Below are positions 54,095 to 64,000 of a stretch of 64,000 nucleotides of DNA, one piece after another (position 1 is the stretch's first letter; each line of letters starts with the position of its first letter). The position numbers and the translations under genes are program-made. Source of the DNA: Terriglobia bacterium. GTDB taxonomy: Bacteria; Acidobacteriota; Terriglobia; 20CM-2-55-15. The notes under the pieces were generated by a model. It was not told the origin of the DNA. It did no database searches and saw only the letters and a list, made by a program, of their open reading frames with translations. The stretch lies in the NCBI GenBank assembly GCA_965218585.1, contig CBDCLE010000022.1, positions 32,001 to 96,000 of the forward strand, written 5' to 3'.

Positions 54095-54963
54095 ATGAAA
54101 GTTCTGTTCTTCAATACGTTGTCAGCCGTGAATGGAGGCGCGGAGCGTGTGCTCTTCGACACTTCCCTCGAGCTGCTCGAGCGCGGACACGAAGTGTCGG
54201 TTGTAGCCGCCTACGACGACCGACGCTCAAGGAACCCCGAATCCTGGCCCGGGGAAATCAACCGTTACTACATCCCCGAGTTGATCCGGCCGGTCACAGG
54301 GCGTCGAACCTACGATGCCTATCGCCGAAGCTCCTTCTATAAGAATGGACTCCGGTATGCACAGGATGTGATACCTGAGAAGGGATTGCTGGAACTGGTC
54401 CAGGCCGTGGGCCGGACACGTTCGAATCCCACGCTCCTTGCTGTTGGAACCGACGAGACACTCTGGTCGGGCGCATATCGGAACGAGATTATTCGGGAAG
54501 CCCAAAAATGGGGCGTGCGCCTGGAGACCGAGCCGTGGTCGACGGGCAAGGAGTTGCGGCTGCCTATAGCCGGGCAAAGGTGGTCGCCTTCAGTTCAGTC
54601 TGGCCCGAACCCTTCGGCCTTGTCGGTATTGAAGCGATGGCTCACGGCAAGCCCGTTGTCGCCTTTGACAATGGCGGTGTCAGGGACTGGCTGCGGCATG
54701 GCCAGACAGGTTACCTTGTCCCAAAATCTGACGTTGTGACCTTTGGACGCATTCTCGATTTACTCTTACCCGATGCGAGTTTACGGCGGTGGATGGGACA
54801 GAACGCGGCTCGCATTGCGCGCGATCAGTTTACCCCCGGCGCATACATCGATCGACTGACGAACGTTTACGGCGAAGTGGTAGTTAATGAAAGTACTTCT
54901 TATCGATCCTGCAGGAGCGCAGCGGTACGTTACGCACAACGCGGGGCTGGCATATCTGTCTAG
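54095..54963 (+). pseudogene. GT4 glycosyltransferase with large internal deletion and frameshift
   Basis: GGAER N-terminus jumps straight to PEKG; EPFGLVGIEAMAHGKPVV is in another frame after about 54560. Confidence 0.7.
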
Positions 54964-56586
54964 CGCGCTTCTGTCGAGAGGACACGATGTCCGTGTCCTC
55001 GACATGAACAACTATAGCTACACCGATCATGAGGTGGGGGCGTATGCGCGCGCCTACCAGCCCGACTGGGTGGGTGCATCCGTCAAGACAGCTCTTGTAA
55101 GTTCAGCCGAACGCACGATGCGTGAAATTCACCGGGTCTGTCCCGATGCCCGTACCGTAGTGGGTGGGCCCCACATCGGGGTTCAGGCTCGCGAGTACAT
55201 GGCTTCTCAGGATGTCTATGAATTCGGTCTGACCGGCGAGGGCGAGTATGCTCTTCCCGACCTCGTCGAAGGCAAGAACACGTCCGATATCTCGTGTCTT
55301 ATCTATTATGACGACGGGGAATGGCGCCAGAATCCAACCGAGTTCATCTTCGATCTCGACGACCTGCCCTACCCGACATACCGGACATGGGACCAGATCG
55401 ACCGTTCGGGCTTCCCGTATCTGATGGTTCATAGCCGTGGGTGCCCCTTTTATTGCACCTTCTGCAGCGTTCCCAAGATCAACGGCCGCAAGTTTCGTCG
55501 CCGTTCGCCGGAAGGAACCGTCGATGAGCTGCGTCACGCTCGCAACGAGTATGTGTTCCGCGACTTTGAGTTCCTGGACGACAACCTGACGCTCCATATC
55601 GACCATGCGAAGGAAGTCTGTGAAGCCTTGATCCGGGCCGATCTCGGCGTGGGTTGGTATGCCAATAACGGAATCCGTGCCGACCGGCTGGATAGCGAAC
55701 TGTGTGAACTCATGAAGCGCTCCGGTTGCAAGGGTGTTGCCATCGGGGTGGAATCGGCAGACGACGAAATCCTTGAAGCCATCAAGAAGGGTGAAACAGT
55801 CGATCAATTGTGGAACGGAATCCGTCTTCTCAAGGAAGCCGGCATCGTCGTCGGTGGTCACTTCATCGTCGGGCTTCCCGGCGACACACTCGAAAAGGTA
55901 AAGAAGAGCATCGAGTTCAAGGACAAGGTTGGTCTGGATTACGCTTACTTCAACCAGCTGGTCCCCTATCCGGGAACGGAGTTGGGCGAGTGGGCCCTGG
56001 AAAACACGAATATTCTGGTCGAAAACGTCACTGATGCGAGTCACTTTGGCGCCAAGGAACAAGTCTTCATGGAGACTCCGGAGTTTCCTCGTGAAGACAG
56101 GGAAGCCGTGTTCAAGTTGCTCTCCACCGACTACACGGACGGTCGCATCGCGTGCGAGGACTTCAGTGATCTTTATGGGGATCGAAGCGGGCTGAGAGTC
56201 CTTCTGATCAGGTCTGGCCGCATGGACCCGTACGAGCACGTGCGATCTCTGCTCCCTGAAGGGTCGGTTCTGGACGTTCTCGTTTCCAGCGGTGTCAGGA
56301 TCGAGGATTCGGCTGTGGACCATGTGATCGAGTTTCCAAACCAGGGCTGATGAGCGTCCGCGGGTTGGACAGGCTTCGGAAGCCCCTTGGTGACGCTTAT
56401 GATCTTGCGATATACCTGAACACCTTTCAGAACGGAATGAGTTTCGACAATATCGTGAAGATCGCCCGCCACTCGGGAACAAAGGTCTACGAGTACCAAG
56501 CGGGGCGGCACATGCGCGAAGTGAAGTCGGAAGGCTACCAGACGAGGGAGATCTATTCGAAAACGGCAGCCTCCGCAACGATCTGA
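54887..56586 (+). CDS. B12-binding radical SAM protein with C-terminal GT9-like domain (frameshift near 56345)
   Basis: GLAYL, GGPH, GEGE, SRGCPFYCTFC, DDN, GVES, FIVGLPG, PYPGT; adding one G at CAGGGCTG joins ORF 56350-56586. Confidence 0.88.
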
Positions 56587-56717
56587 GATAGACGGACTTT
56601 CGCAATGATAGAGTTTTTCTCAACTGTACGTGCCGTCTATGACCGCACGTCTCCAACCTTCGATGTTCCTTTGTGTGCTCCGAGAGCGCACCTACAGAAG
56701 AGCATCTGGGCTCGTTA

Positions 56718-57830
56718 ATGCGGATCCTCCACCTTATCCCCTTTCTTTGGAGTGGCGCCGGCGACGTAGTTACGCGTCTCGCCATTTCTCAGCATCAGAA
56801 CGCCACAGTAGGGGTCGTGACCAGCGGCAGCTCAAAAGGTGAGTCGGACTGGGATTCGTATCGTACGCGCCTCCAGGATGCGCGTGTCTCCCATTTCCAT
56901 GTCGATCTCTTCGACCGTGACCCGAACGTGTTCTGGTCGAGTGTTACCAGACTGAGGGAGGTCTTCGACGAATTTTCTCCCGACGTCGTTCACTGCCATT
57001 CCGGTGTCCCGGTGGCCGCAGCCGCTGCGGTTCGTGACGGTGGTGACAGAGACTTTGGGCTGATTGGTCAACTGCACAGCTGGGGTAAGAACCGCCCTCG
57101 ATGGATGAACACAATGGACCTGTGGGCATTTGGGCGCTCGGACCGCATCGTGTGCAATGCGGAAGACTACCGTCAGATTCTGATCGAATCCGGTATCTCT
57201 TCCGACCGTATCGTTGCCATTCCCTGGGGTTTGCAGCTTGATGAAATTCGGGCCGCGACATCCGAAAAAGACCGGCCCTCGGAGCGTATACGTTTGGGAT
57301 TCGTAGGCCGGGTCGAACCCCGCAAAGGGCAGTTGACCCTCGTTGAAGCGTTTGAACGGTTGCGGCAGGCCGGCACAGAAGCAAATCTGGAATTGATCGG
57401 TCCGATTGCCGATTCCGATTATGCCGAGGAGATCAGGAACACGATCCGGGACCATGAGCTCGGCGACAGCGTCGTCTTGCGTGGCAAGGTGTCCAACGTC
57501 TACGCCGACGTTGCCAACTGGGACCTGTTTGTCTCACTCTCCAGCGACGAGGGCCAGGGAATGGCCATTCTAGAAGCCATGGCGCTGGGAACCCCGGTCG
57601 TTTCCAGCGACATTCCAGGTGTCCGCGACTTTCTCAGGCATGAACACAACGGCTTGGTGGTCGATCCCCAGACTCCCGAACGCGTAGCGGCAACCATCGA
57701 TTGGGCCCTTACCAATCGTGACCAAACGCTACGGCTGGCCACGCGGGCACGCGAGATGGTCGATGAGAGTTATACGTGGGAGACCACCGTCTCGGGCATG
57801 GATCGCCTTTACTCCGAGGTCACTGGCTAG
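56718..57830 (+). CDS. GT4 glycosyltransferase
   Basis: PDVVHCH, FVGRVEPRKG, EGQGMAILEAMALGTPVV. Confidence 0.92.
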   Translation: MRILHLIPFLWSGAGDVVTRLAISQHQNATVGVVTSGSSKGESDWDSYRTRLQDARVSHFHVDLFDRDPNVFWSSVTRLREVFDEFSPDVVHCHSGVPVAAAAAVRDGGDRDFGLIGQLHSWGKNRPRWMNTMDLWAFGRSDRIVCNAEDYRQILIESGISSDRIVAIPWGLQLDEIRAATSEKDRPSERIRLGFVGRVEPRKGQLTLVEAFERLRQAGTEANLELIGPIADSDYAEEIRNTIRDHELGDSVVLRGKVSNVYADVANWDLFVSLSSDEGQGMAILEAMALGTPVVSSDIPGVRDFLRHEHNGLVVDPQTPERVAATIDWALTNRDQTLRLATRAREMVDESYTWETTVSGMDRLYSEVTG

Positions 57831-58385
57831 ATGGGCAAGAAGAAGCGGCGAAGACAGTCTGGAAAACACGAGCCTCCTCCCCGGTGGGGGACCTTCGTGG
57901 ACTGGACTCTGGACGAGGCCGGCCGTCTGGTTGCGGTGGATGAAGTCGAGCACCGTCTTGCAATCCAGCAGTCGAACGGCAGATTCACGTTTCTTGGGAG
58001 CAAGGGGACCGGTCCCGGAGAATTCCACTACCCAAAATGTGTCGAGATCCTGAACGGGACCGCCTACGTTGTCGACTCCTGGAATCACCGCGTTCAGCTG
58101 TTCCGGTTGCCGGAATGAAATTTCATAGGTGCATTCAATGGCACCGGAGAGGGGTCTGGTTCCTTCTTCTGTCCGAGTTCGCTCGCTATCGTTGATCGGG
58201 AAAACGAAGAGCCCTGGCTTGTGGTTGCCGATACCAACAACAGTCGGCTCACATTCCACGACAGTCAAGGTGCCTACCTCTTCGGAAATGAACTCTTCAA
58301 TTCCCGCTATCCCACCAAGGTGCGGACACGCGAAGGCCGCATAGAAGTGCGGTACGAAGACCGGCAGTGGGATCTTGTCCTCTGA
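57831..58385 (+). CDS. NHL-repeat protein with in-frame TGA at 58116-58118
   Basis: GSKGTGPGEFHYP...YVVDSWNHRVQ; same frame continues F.CPSSLAI...VVADTNNSRL. Confidence 0.7.
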
Positions 58386-58601
58386 GTTAACGGTCCGGCC
58401 TGATTCCTCAGCTTTTCGATAAACCACCACCCAAATCCCGTTAAAAGGGAAATACTTTTGCACGGCCCGGAAGCCTTCGAGGTTCTCAGTGGATCCAGAA
58501 ATTCTGATTTTCGTTGGACTGGTTTGTTAAGCTTCGAATTCGATCCCGGTCCGGTAAGTCGTGCTGGGCAAGCAATTCAGACAACAGCGAGGAAACAGGA
58601 C

Positions 58602-59300
58602 ATGGCTCTTGAAGTAATTGGCGCGGGTTTCGGCCGGACTGGCACCGCGTCGTTGAAAGAGGCGTTAGAGATCCTGGGCTTCGTCAAATGCCATCACATG
58701 TCCGAAGTGATCCCCAGCCCGAAGCAGGCGCACCTCTGGCATCAACTCGCCGTCGAGGGATCGGTGGACTGGGACGACGTTTTCGAAGGCTATCGGGCAG
58801 CTGTGGACTTCCCGTCCAGCGTTTATTACCGCGAACTGTTGGAACGCTACCCTGATGCGCGAGTCATACTGTCGGTGCGTGACCCGGACGCCTGGTATCG
58901 TAGCGCCGTCCGAACTATTCATGCGATCATGAAAAACCAGCCGCGATGGCTGTTCCCTCTGATTCCCCGAATGCGAATTCTAGACAGGATGATCGATCGG
59001 ATCGTCTGGCAAGGTGTGTTCGATGGCCGTTTCGAAGACGAGGAACACGCGAAACAGGTGTTCAGGGATCATATCGAGAAGGTCAAATCAGTGATTCCGG
59101 CCGACAAGTTATTGGTCTATCAGATCACCGACGGCTGATCGCCGCTCTGCAAATTTCTCGATGTTCCAGAGCCCGAGGGTCTGGTATTTCCCAAGACCAA
59201 CGAGGCTCGGGAGATGATCCGAATCGTGCGGGTGATGAAAGCGCTCCGCCTCCTGCCATACATGGTGGTTGCTGCGGTTACCGCATGGGTTCTTCTTTGA
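58602..59300 (+). CDS. Sulfotransferase-family protein (Sulfotransfer_4 type) with in-frame TGA at 59136-59138
   Basis: VIGAGFGRTGTASLK.AL, C.HM, AAVDFP, RDPDAWY.S, DG*SPLCKFL...FP.TN; read-through stop overlaps cysC start. Confidence 0.85.
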
Positions 59301-59848
59301 CCGATCCCAGTAAACAGATCCGTCAAGTGACGTTGTGGCTGACGGGCCTGTCCGGAGCCGGGAAGAGCACTCTTGCGGAATTGGTCGCCGAAGAATTCGC
59401 CGCCAGGAAACTTCGGACGGAGATCCTAGATGGCGACACGATTCGACGGAACCTGTCCAAGGGGCTCGGATTCAGCAAAGAAGACCGCGACACGAACATT
59501 CGTCGAATCGGGTTCGTCGCCAATCTGCTCAGCCGAAACGGAGTCAATGTCATCGTTGCGGCTATCTCGCCGTACCGATCGATTCGGGAAGAGGTCCGGG
59601 CGTCGCAGGAAAGAGCCCGCTTCGTAGAAGTATTCGTCGACTGTCCGCTTGAAGCTCTAATTGAAAGGGACACGAAAGGACTCTACGCCAAAGCCCTGTC
59701 CGGCGAGGTGAAAAACCTTACGGGTGTTTCAGATCCCTACGAGCGGCCAGTGGATCCTGAAATAACCGTCCGAACGAACCTCGAAACGCCCGCCGAAAGT
59801 GCGGGTCAGATCATTCGCTGGTTAGAGGAAGCGGCGCTGATCTCCTAA
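59297..59848 (+). CDS. cysC: Adenylyl-sulfate (APS) kinase
   Basis: WLTGLSGAGKST, LDGD.IR, LGFSKEDRD.NIRRIG, ISPY, RD.KGLY.KA, TG.SDPYE. Confidence 0.95.
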   Translation: MTDPSKQIRQVTLWLTGLSGAGKSTLAELVAEEFAARKLRTEILDGDTIRRNLSKGLGFSKEDRDTNIRRIGFVANLLSRNGVNVIVAAISPYRSIREEVRASQERARFVEVFVDCPLEALIERDTKGLYAKALSGEVKNLTGVSDPYERPVDPEITVRTNLETPAESAGQIIRWLEEAALIS

Positions 59849-59878
59849 TTATGGGGACCGATTAGTCTGTCCCCATAA
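59849..59878. terminator. Hairpin between convergent cysC and cysQ
   Basis: TTATGGGGAC-N10-GTCCCCATAA, perfect 10-bp stem. Confidence 0.6.
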
Positions 59879-59886
59879 CTGGGCTA

Positions 59887-60669
59887 CTACCTCGTTTCCG
59901 CCAAAGCCTTTCCGACTGCCTCCTGGAGCGATAACGGGTGGGCGATGAGGCCCATCATGCGGGGATTCTTGTTGTTGAACGATCTGGGATTACCGTCGGG
60001 CGTGTAAGCGACCCCGCCAGCTGCGTTCATCAGGGCGATGCCCCCCGCGACATCCCATTCGTTCTTGGGCTGAAGGGTCCATGTGGCGTCGGCCTGTCCG
60101 GCCGCGACGAGCGCCAACTTGTAGGCGATCGAACCTACCGGTTTGATAACGAATCCGGCATCCTGAAAGCGATCCCATTCACCGCGTCTGCACTCGCTGC
60201 GGCTCGCCAGGACTGTGGCGCCGTTCAAGTTCCGCCTGCCGCTCAAGGTGACCGTTTCTGCCTGGTAGGTCACACCGTGGCCGAGGGCACCGACAAATAT
60301 TTCACCTGTCTGAGGGTTACAGACGCCGCCGGCGACGGCTTGGCCGTCTTCGACATAACCGATGGAGATGGCCCACTCAGGAATTCCGGCTACGAACTCT
60401 CGGGTCCCGTCGAGCGGATCGATGATCCAGAGTCGACGATGCGCGAGGCGGCTCGAATCGTCCGTAGTTTCTTCAGAGAACCAGCCTTCGTCTCCACGTG
60501 GCAGAGCTTGTTTGAGCGCTTCGTCCAGGGCTCGATCCGCTGCCGTTACAGGGTCGTTAACGCCTTTCCATTCGGGCGTGATTTCCCCGGGTGTGAACTT
60601 GGCGACGACGGTCTGGGCCGTTCGAATGGCTTCTGTGATCCGTTCCAGAATGTGGGCGTGGGTTTTCAT
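59887..60669 (-). CDS. cysQ: 3'(2'),5'-bisphosphate nucleotidase (PAP phosphatase)
   Basis: DPVTAAD, SEE, WIIDPLDGTREF, GSIAYK, EWDVAGG; adjacent to cysC. Confidence 0.85.
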   Translation of the reverse strand: MKTHAHILERITEAIRTAQTVVAKFTPGEITPEWKGVNDPVTAADRALDEALKQALPRGDEGWFSEETTDDSSRLAHRRLWIIDPLDGTREFVAGIPEWAISIGYVEDGQAVAGGVCNPQTGEIFVGALGHGVTYQAETVTLSGRRNLNGATVLASRSECRRGEWDRFQDAGFVIKPVGSIAYKLALVAAGQADATWTLQPKNEWDVAGGIALMNAAGGVAYTPDGNPRSFNNKNPRMMGLIAHPLSLQEAVGKALAETR

Positions 60670-60748
60670 CGCTCTGCCGATGATCTCACGGCCCGGGTCC
60701 GGAATGTGAACTAGTGGTCGGTCGATCCTGCTCCAGGCACTCCCTGGA

Positions 60749-60778
60749 TTGACACCCTCCCCCGGGGCAACCTAACCT
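60749..60778 (+). promoter_or_regulatory. Putative sigma70 promoter giving a leaderless transcript
   Basis: TTGACA-N18-TAACCT, 6 nt before GTG 60785; no RBS. Confidence 0.45.
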
Positions 60779-60784
60779 TATCGC

Positions 60785-61700
60785 GTGCTCCCAGCTCTTG
60801 AAGTTAAAGGATTATCGAAGACCTACCGTCGCTGGTGGATACGAAAAGTCGTCAAGGCGCTCGTCGACGTTGATCTTAGCGTAAGAGCAAGGTTCCATTT
60901 TTGGTCTCCTCGGACCTAACGGCGCCGGAAAAACATCTCTCATCAAGATAGCCCTGACGATCGCGCACGCCGATCGCGGCGAAGTGCGGCTCCTTGGACA
61001 GACGACCGAAGATCGATCCATATTCCGCCGTGTTGGATATCTGCCGGAAAGCCCGAAGTTCCCAACTCATCTCACAGCCCGAAACGTGCTCCGTCTTTAC
61101 GGGAGCATGAGCGGGAAGGATTCGGGTTTCGTCCGTCGCGAAGGCCAGGTGTGGCTGGAACGGGTAGGTCTGAAGGGTTGGGAGAAGACTCCGGTATCGA
61201 AGTTTTCGAAGGGTATGGTGGAGCGGCTGGCTCTCGCCCAGGCCCTCGTTCACGATCCGGATCTGATCTTCCTGGATGAGCCTACAGACGGTCTTGATCC
61301 GGTGGGCCGGATGGACATGCGAAAGATCTGCAGGGAACTGGCCGACAAGGGAAAGACAGTATTTATCAACTCCCACATACTGGCGGAGATCGAGACGGTC
61401 TGTGACCGCGTCGCTCTGATGAAAGAAGGCCGTATCGTGGATGTCGGTACAGTCGCGCACTTCACGAGCGGGGGCGATTCCTACGAAGTGTCGATTCCCA
61501 GACACGAACCGCTGGTCGAGTGGTTGAGCGACCTGGGATTCGATCCAACCCTCAATGACGGCCGGATTCGCGTCGTCGTTGAAGACCGAAGTTCGGCCAA
61601 TCAGTTGATCGATACGCTCCGGACCCGGGGAGTCGAGATCGACTCGGTAACACCGCACCGAAGAACATTGGAAGAGGTTTTCCTGGAGCGTGTAGGTTGA
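60785..61700 (+). CDS. ABC ATP-binding protein (frameshift near 60884)
   Basis: [11 protein letters not shown] upstream in frame with ORF 60984; FSKGM, FLDEPTDGLD, NSH. Confidence 0.88.
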
Positions 61701-62527
61701 GGGTTCTCAAGCCAGGCGTCTTTCTCGACACGTTCGAGGAGTCTTTCCGGAACAAGATGTTCCTGTTCTTCTTCGTCGTGTCGTCCCTGATCGTCGGTTC
61801 GATCGCCCTGGCTCTGAACATGGATATCGTCAGCGGTGCGATTCAGGGCGCCACCTTCTTCGGTGAGGCTCTGGAGATTCCTGAAATGCCTCTTGAGCGG
61901 TTCGTCAACGCCGTGCAGGCCGGCATGGCGATGATGATTTCGACGATCGGACTCTTCCTCGCCTTGATGGCGACGGCAACCCTGTTCCCTATGATGATTC
62001 AGAAAGGGAGCATCGAGCTCCTGCTGTGCCGGCCCGTTCCGCGATGGCGTCTCGTTGTCGCCCGATTTACGGGCGGTGTGGCAATCATGGCCGCAAATGC
62101 CGCGTACCTCATGCTGGGTGTGTGGGTCGTCATGGGAGTCAAATCCGGCATCTGGAACACGGGCTTTCCCCTCTCGACCATTCTGATCGTCATCGCGTTC
62201 ATATTCTTGTACGTAGTGGTGATGGCCTTGTCTGTCATGAGCGAGAACGCGGCAGTGGGACTGTTGGCCGGCTATGCCATCCTGATGTTTTCGCCCGTCC
62301 TTGCAGCGCACGAGCGGATCACGCCGGTTCTGTCCAATGAACTTTATCGGGACATATTCCGTTCTCTCTATTGGGTGGTGCCCAAGATCGCGGAGCTGAT
62401 CGGTGCGATGCGCAGTCTGATTGCCGGGAAACCGATGGAACTGGCGACCGTGCTCTGGACTTCTGGACTCTTCGCCACGGGGTGTTTCGCGGTCACGGTG
62501 CTATACTTTTCGAGAAAAGACTACTGA
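61697..62527 (+). CDS. ABC-2 type permease
   Basis: Multi-TM; GSIELLLCRPVPRW. Confidence 0.85.
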   Translation: MRVLKPGVFLDTFEESFRNKMFLFFFVVSSLIVGSIALALNMDIVSGAIQGATFFGEALEIPEMPLERFVNAVQAGMAMMISTIGLFLALMATATLFPMMIQKGSIELLLCRPVPRWRLVVARFTGGVAIMAANAAYLMLGVWVVMGVKSGIWNTGFPLSTILIVIAFIFLYVVVMALSVMSENAAVGLLAGYAILMFSPVLAAHERITPVLSNELYRDIFRSLYWVVPKIAELIGAMRSLIAGKPMELATVLWTSGLFATGCFAVTVLYFSRKDY

Positions 62528-62549
62528 ATTTTCCGAGGGTTTGACAGTA

Positions 62550-63492
62550 ATGAGATGGCTGATAGCTACCTTAGCGTTGGCTGCGACGATTGCTGTGATT
62601 GCAGCTACCCTACCTCCCAATGTGGAGGCTCTCAGTCCGGACGAGGCTCTTCTGAGCCTGTTTCCTCCCGACAGCGGTGGAGTCATTTTCGTTGACGTAG
62701 CCCGGCTTCGGGATAACCCGTTGGTGAGGGAGAACTTCCTGGACAGGCCAGGGTTCGAGATGCCGAACCGCGTGGCTGAGTTTGCCCGGGGGACAGGTCT
62801 CGATCCTGAAACGGACGTCGACCAGGTGATGTTTGGGAGGACGGGAGAAAACGACTTTCTGGGTGTTGCCAGAGCCAACTACGATCCCCTCAACGTCGAA
62901 CGGTATTTTCGCGACCTGGAAACCAGCTTCGAATCCTACGCGGGACGTACGATTTATCATCCCTCTCCCGGGGATTTTTCAGTGTCGTTTATTGACGACC
63001 TCGTCCTCGTCGGTGAGGTCGGACCCGTTCGCGGTGCGATTGATCGGATGGGCATATCCACCCCATCCGTCCTGGAGAGTCCGGAACTGATGGAAGCTAT
63101 TCAATCCATCGATGAAGGGAACCAGGTTTGGGCGTTGGCAACCTGACAGACGTTCTGCTCCCGGAAGCCATGGGCCTCCAATGGCCGCCGATCTGATCGC
63201 TTCGCTGGAACGCATTACCTACCAGATGCGGATCGATGCCGCCCTGACGGCTCGGGCTGTCGGTGAGTTTACGACTCCGGACACTGCGCGGCGAACGGGC
63301 GATCTGCTACGGGGTGTGGTGGCGCTGGGCAAGATGCAGGTCTTTGAAAGCGACGACCTGCTCCAACTGCTGGACGGACTTCAGATCGACGACATCGAAT
63401 CCTCGATCGAGATTAACTTTTCCGCCGACGGCGAACTGCTCAGCCGGGTGAGGGAGTCGGGCTTTCCGTTTCCAGGTTTAGCCGGAGAGTAA
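62550..63492 (+). CDS. Secreted hypothetical protein (frameshifted near 63130-63180)
   Basis: Signal peptide; ORFs 62421 and 63112 read as continuous halves. Confidence 0.6.
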
Positions 63493-63633
63493 TCCGAGCA
63501 CCAAGAGTCCTGCCTCAGCGCTTAATTGATTCGGACTAGTTCCTACCTTCCTAAGACGAAAAGCTACTTTACCTTCGTTTCTTCGCGTTGATAAAACTCT
63601 TTGCGCCTTCGCGTCTTTGGGGTGCTTCTTCTC

Positions 63634-64000
63634 TTACCTGGCCCCGGACATCGAAGCCAGAAACTCGCTGTTGCTCTTCGTTTTCCCCATCTTTTCGAGC
63701 AGCAGTTCCATGGCTTCAACCGTTGAGAGCGGATTCAGGACCTTTCTCAGAACCCAGATGCGGGTGAGTTCGTCCTTGGGGACCAAGAGCTCTTCTTTTC
63801 TGGTGCCCGAGCGGTTGATGTCAATCGCCGGGAATACGCGTTTGTCTACTAGCTTGCGGTCTAGGCCGATCTCCATGTTGCCCGTGCCCTTGAATTCTTC
63901 GAAAATGACGTCGTCCATCCGGCTTCCAGTGTCGATCAGCGCCGTTGCCATAATCGTCAGACTGCCGCCCTCCTCGATATTGCGTGCCGCGCCGAAGAAC
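63634..64000 (-). CDS. rho: Transcription termination factor Rho, 3' part
   Basis: [48 protein letters not shown]. Confidence 0.97.
   Translation of the reverse strand, partial: FFGAARNIEEGGSLTIMATALIDTGSRMDDVIFEEFKGTGNMEIGLDRKLVDKRVFPAIDINRSGTRKEELLVPKDELTRIWVLRKVLNPLSTVEAMELLLEKMGKTKSNSEFLASMSGAR

Noticed and set aside
55103-56785. Long antisense ORF (560 aa), and similar ones such as 14615-16057 and 1932-3017
   Set aside because: Shadows of well-supported opposite-strand genes in GC-rich DNA; no recognisable motifs
58116-59138. Genetic code 4 or selenocysteine
   Set aside because: TGG encodes Trp throughout, TGA ends many genes with ATGA overlaps, and the affected positions correspond to Trp rather than Cys
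1-64000. CRISPR array, tRNA or rRNA genes
   Set aside because: No regularly spaced repeats or recognisable structural RNA sequences seen

Overview
GC-rich bacterial chromosome segment, most likely Acidobacteriota. This is inferred from the PadR/ADOP-permease pair, DUF6152, PD40/NHL propellers, BrxA/B and the ECF-FecR-ABC locus. No rRNA, tRNA or CRISPR array was seen. 1-10 kb: secreted beta-propellers, PadR-permease, thiol and RNA-binding genes. 10-20 kb: ECF sigma plus FecR-type anti-sigma, the latter split by an IS701 and an adjacent IS1380, then two ABC pairs. 20-42 kb: kynU, efflux ABC, CopA and housekeeping genes (acnA, hisS, aspS, mutL, HU). 42.5-60.7 kb: the most unusual part, a glycan or glycolipid tailoring cluster. 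It has four radical SAM enzymes (two with non-canonical CX5CX2C and CX9CX2C motifs, two B12-dependent), three GT4 and one MAF-type glycosyltransferase, a Zn dehydrogenase, and a sulfotransferase-cysC-cysQ module. A GT9-N-lobe-like domain occurs three times, fused to both B12 radical SAMs and once standalone. The window ends with an ABC pair and the 3' end of rho. Single-base frameshifts in essential or core genes (hisS, acnA) indicate long-read-type sequence errors, so pseudogene calls are uncertain. All calls were made by eye from the sequence, without database searches.
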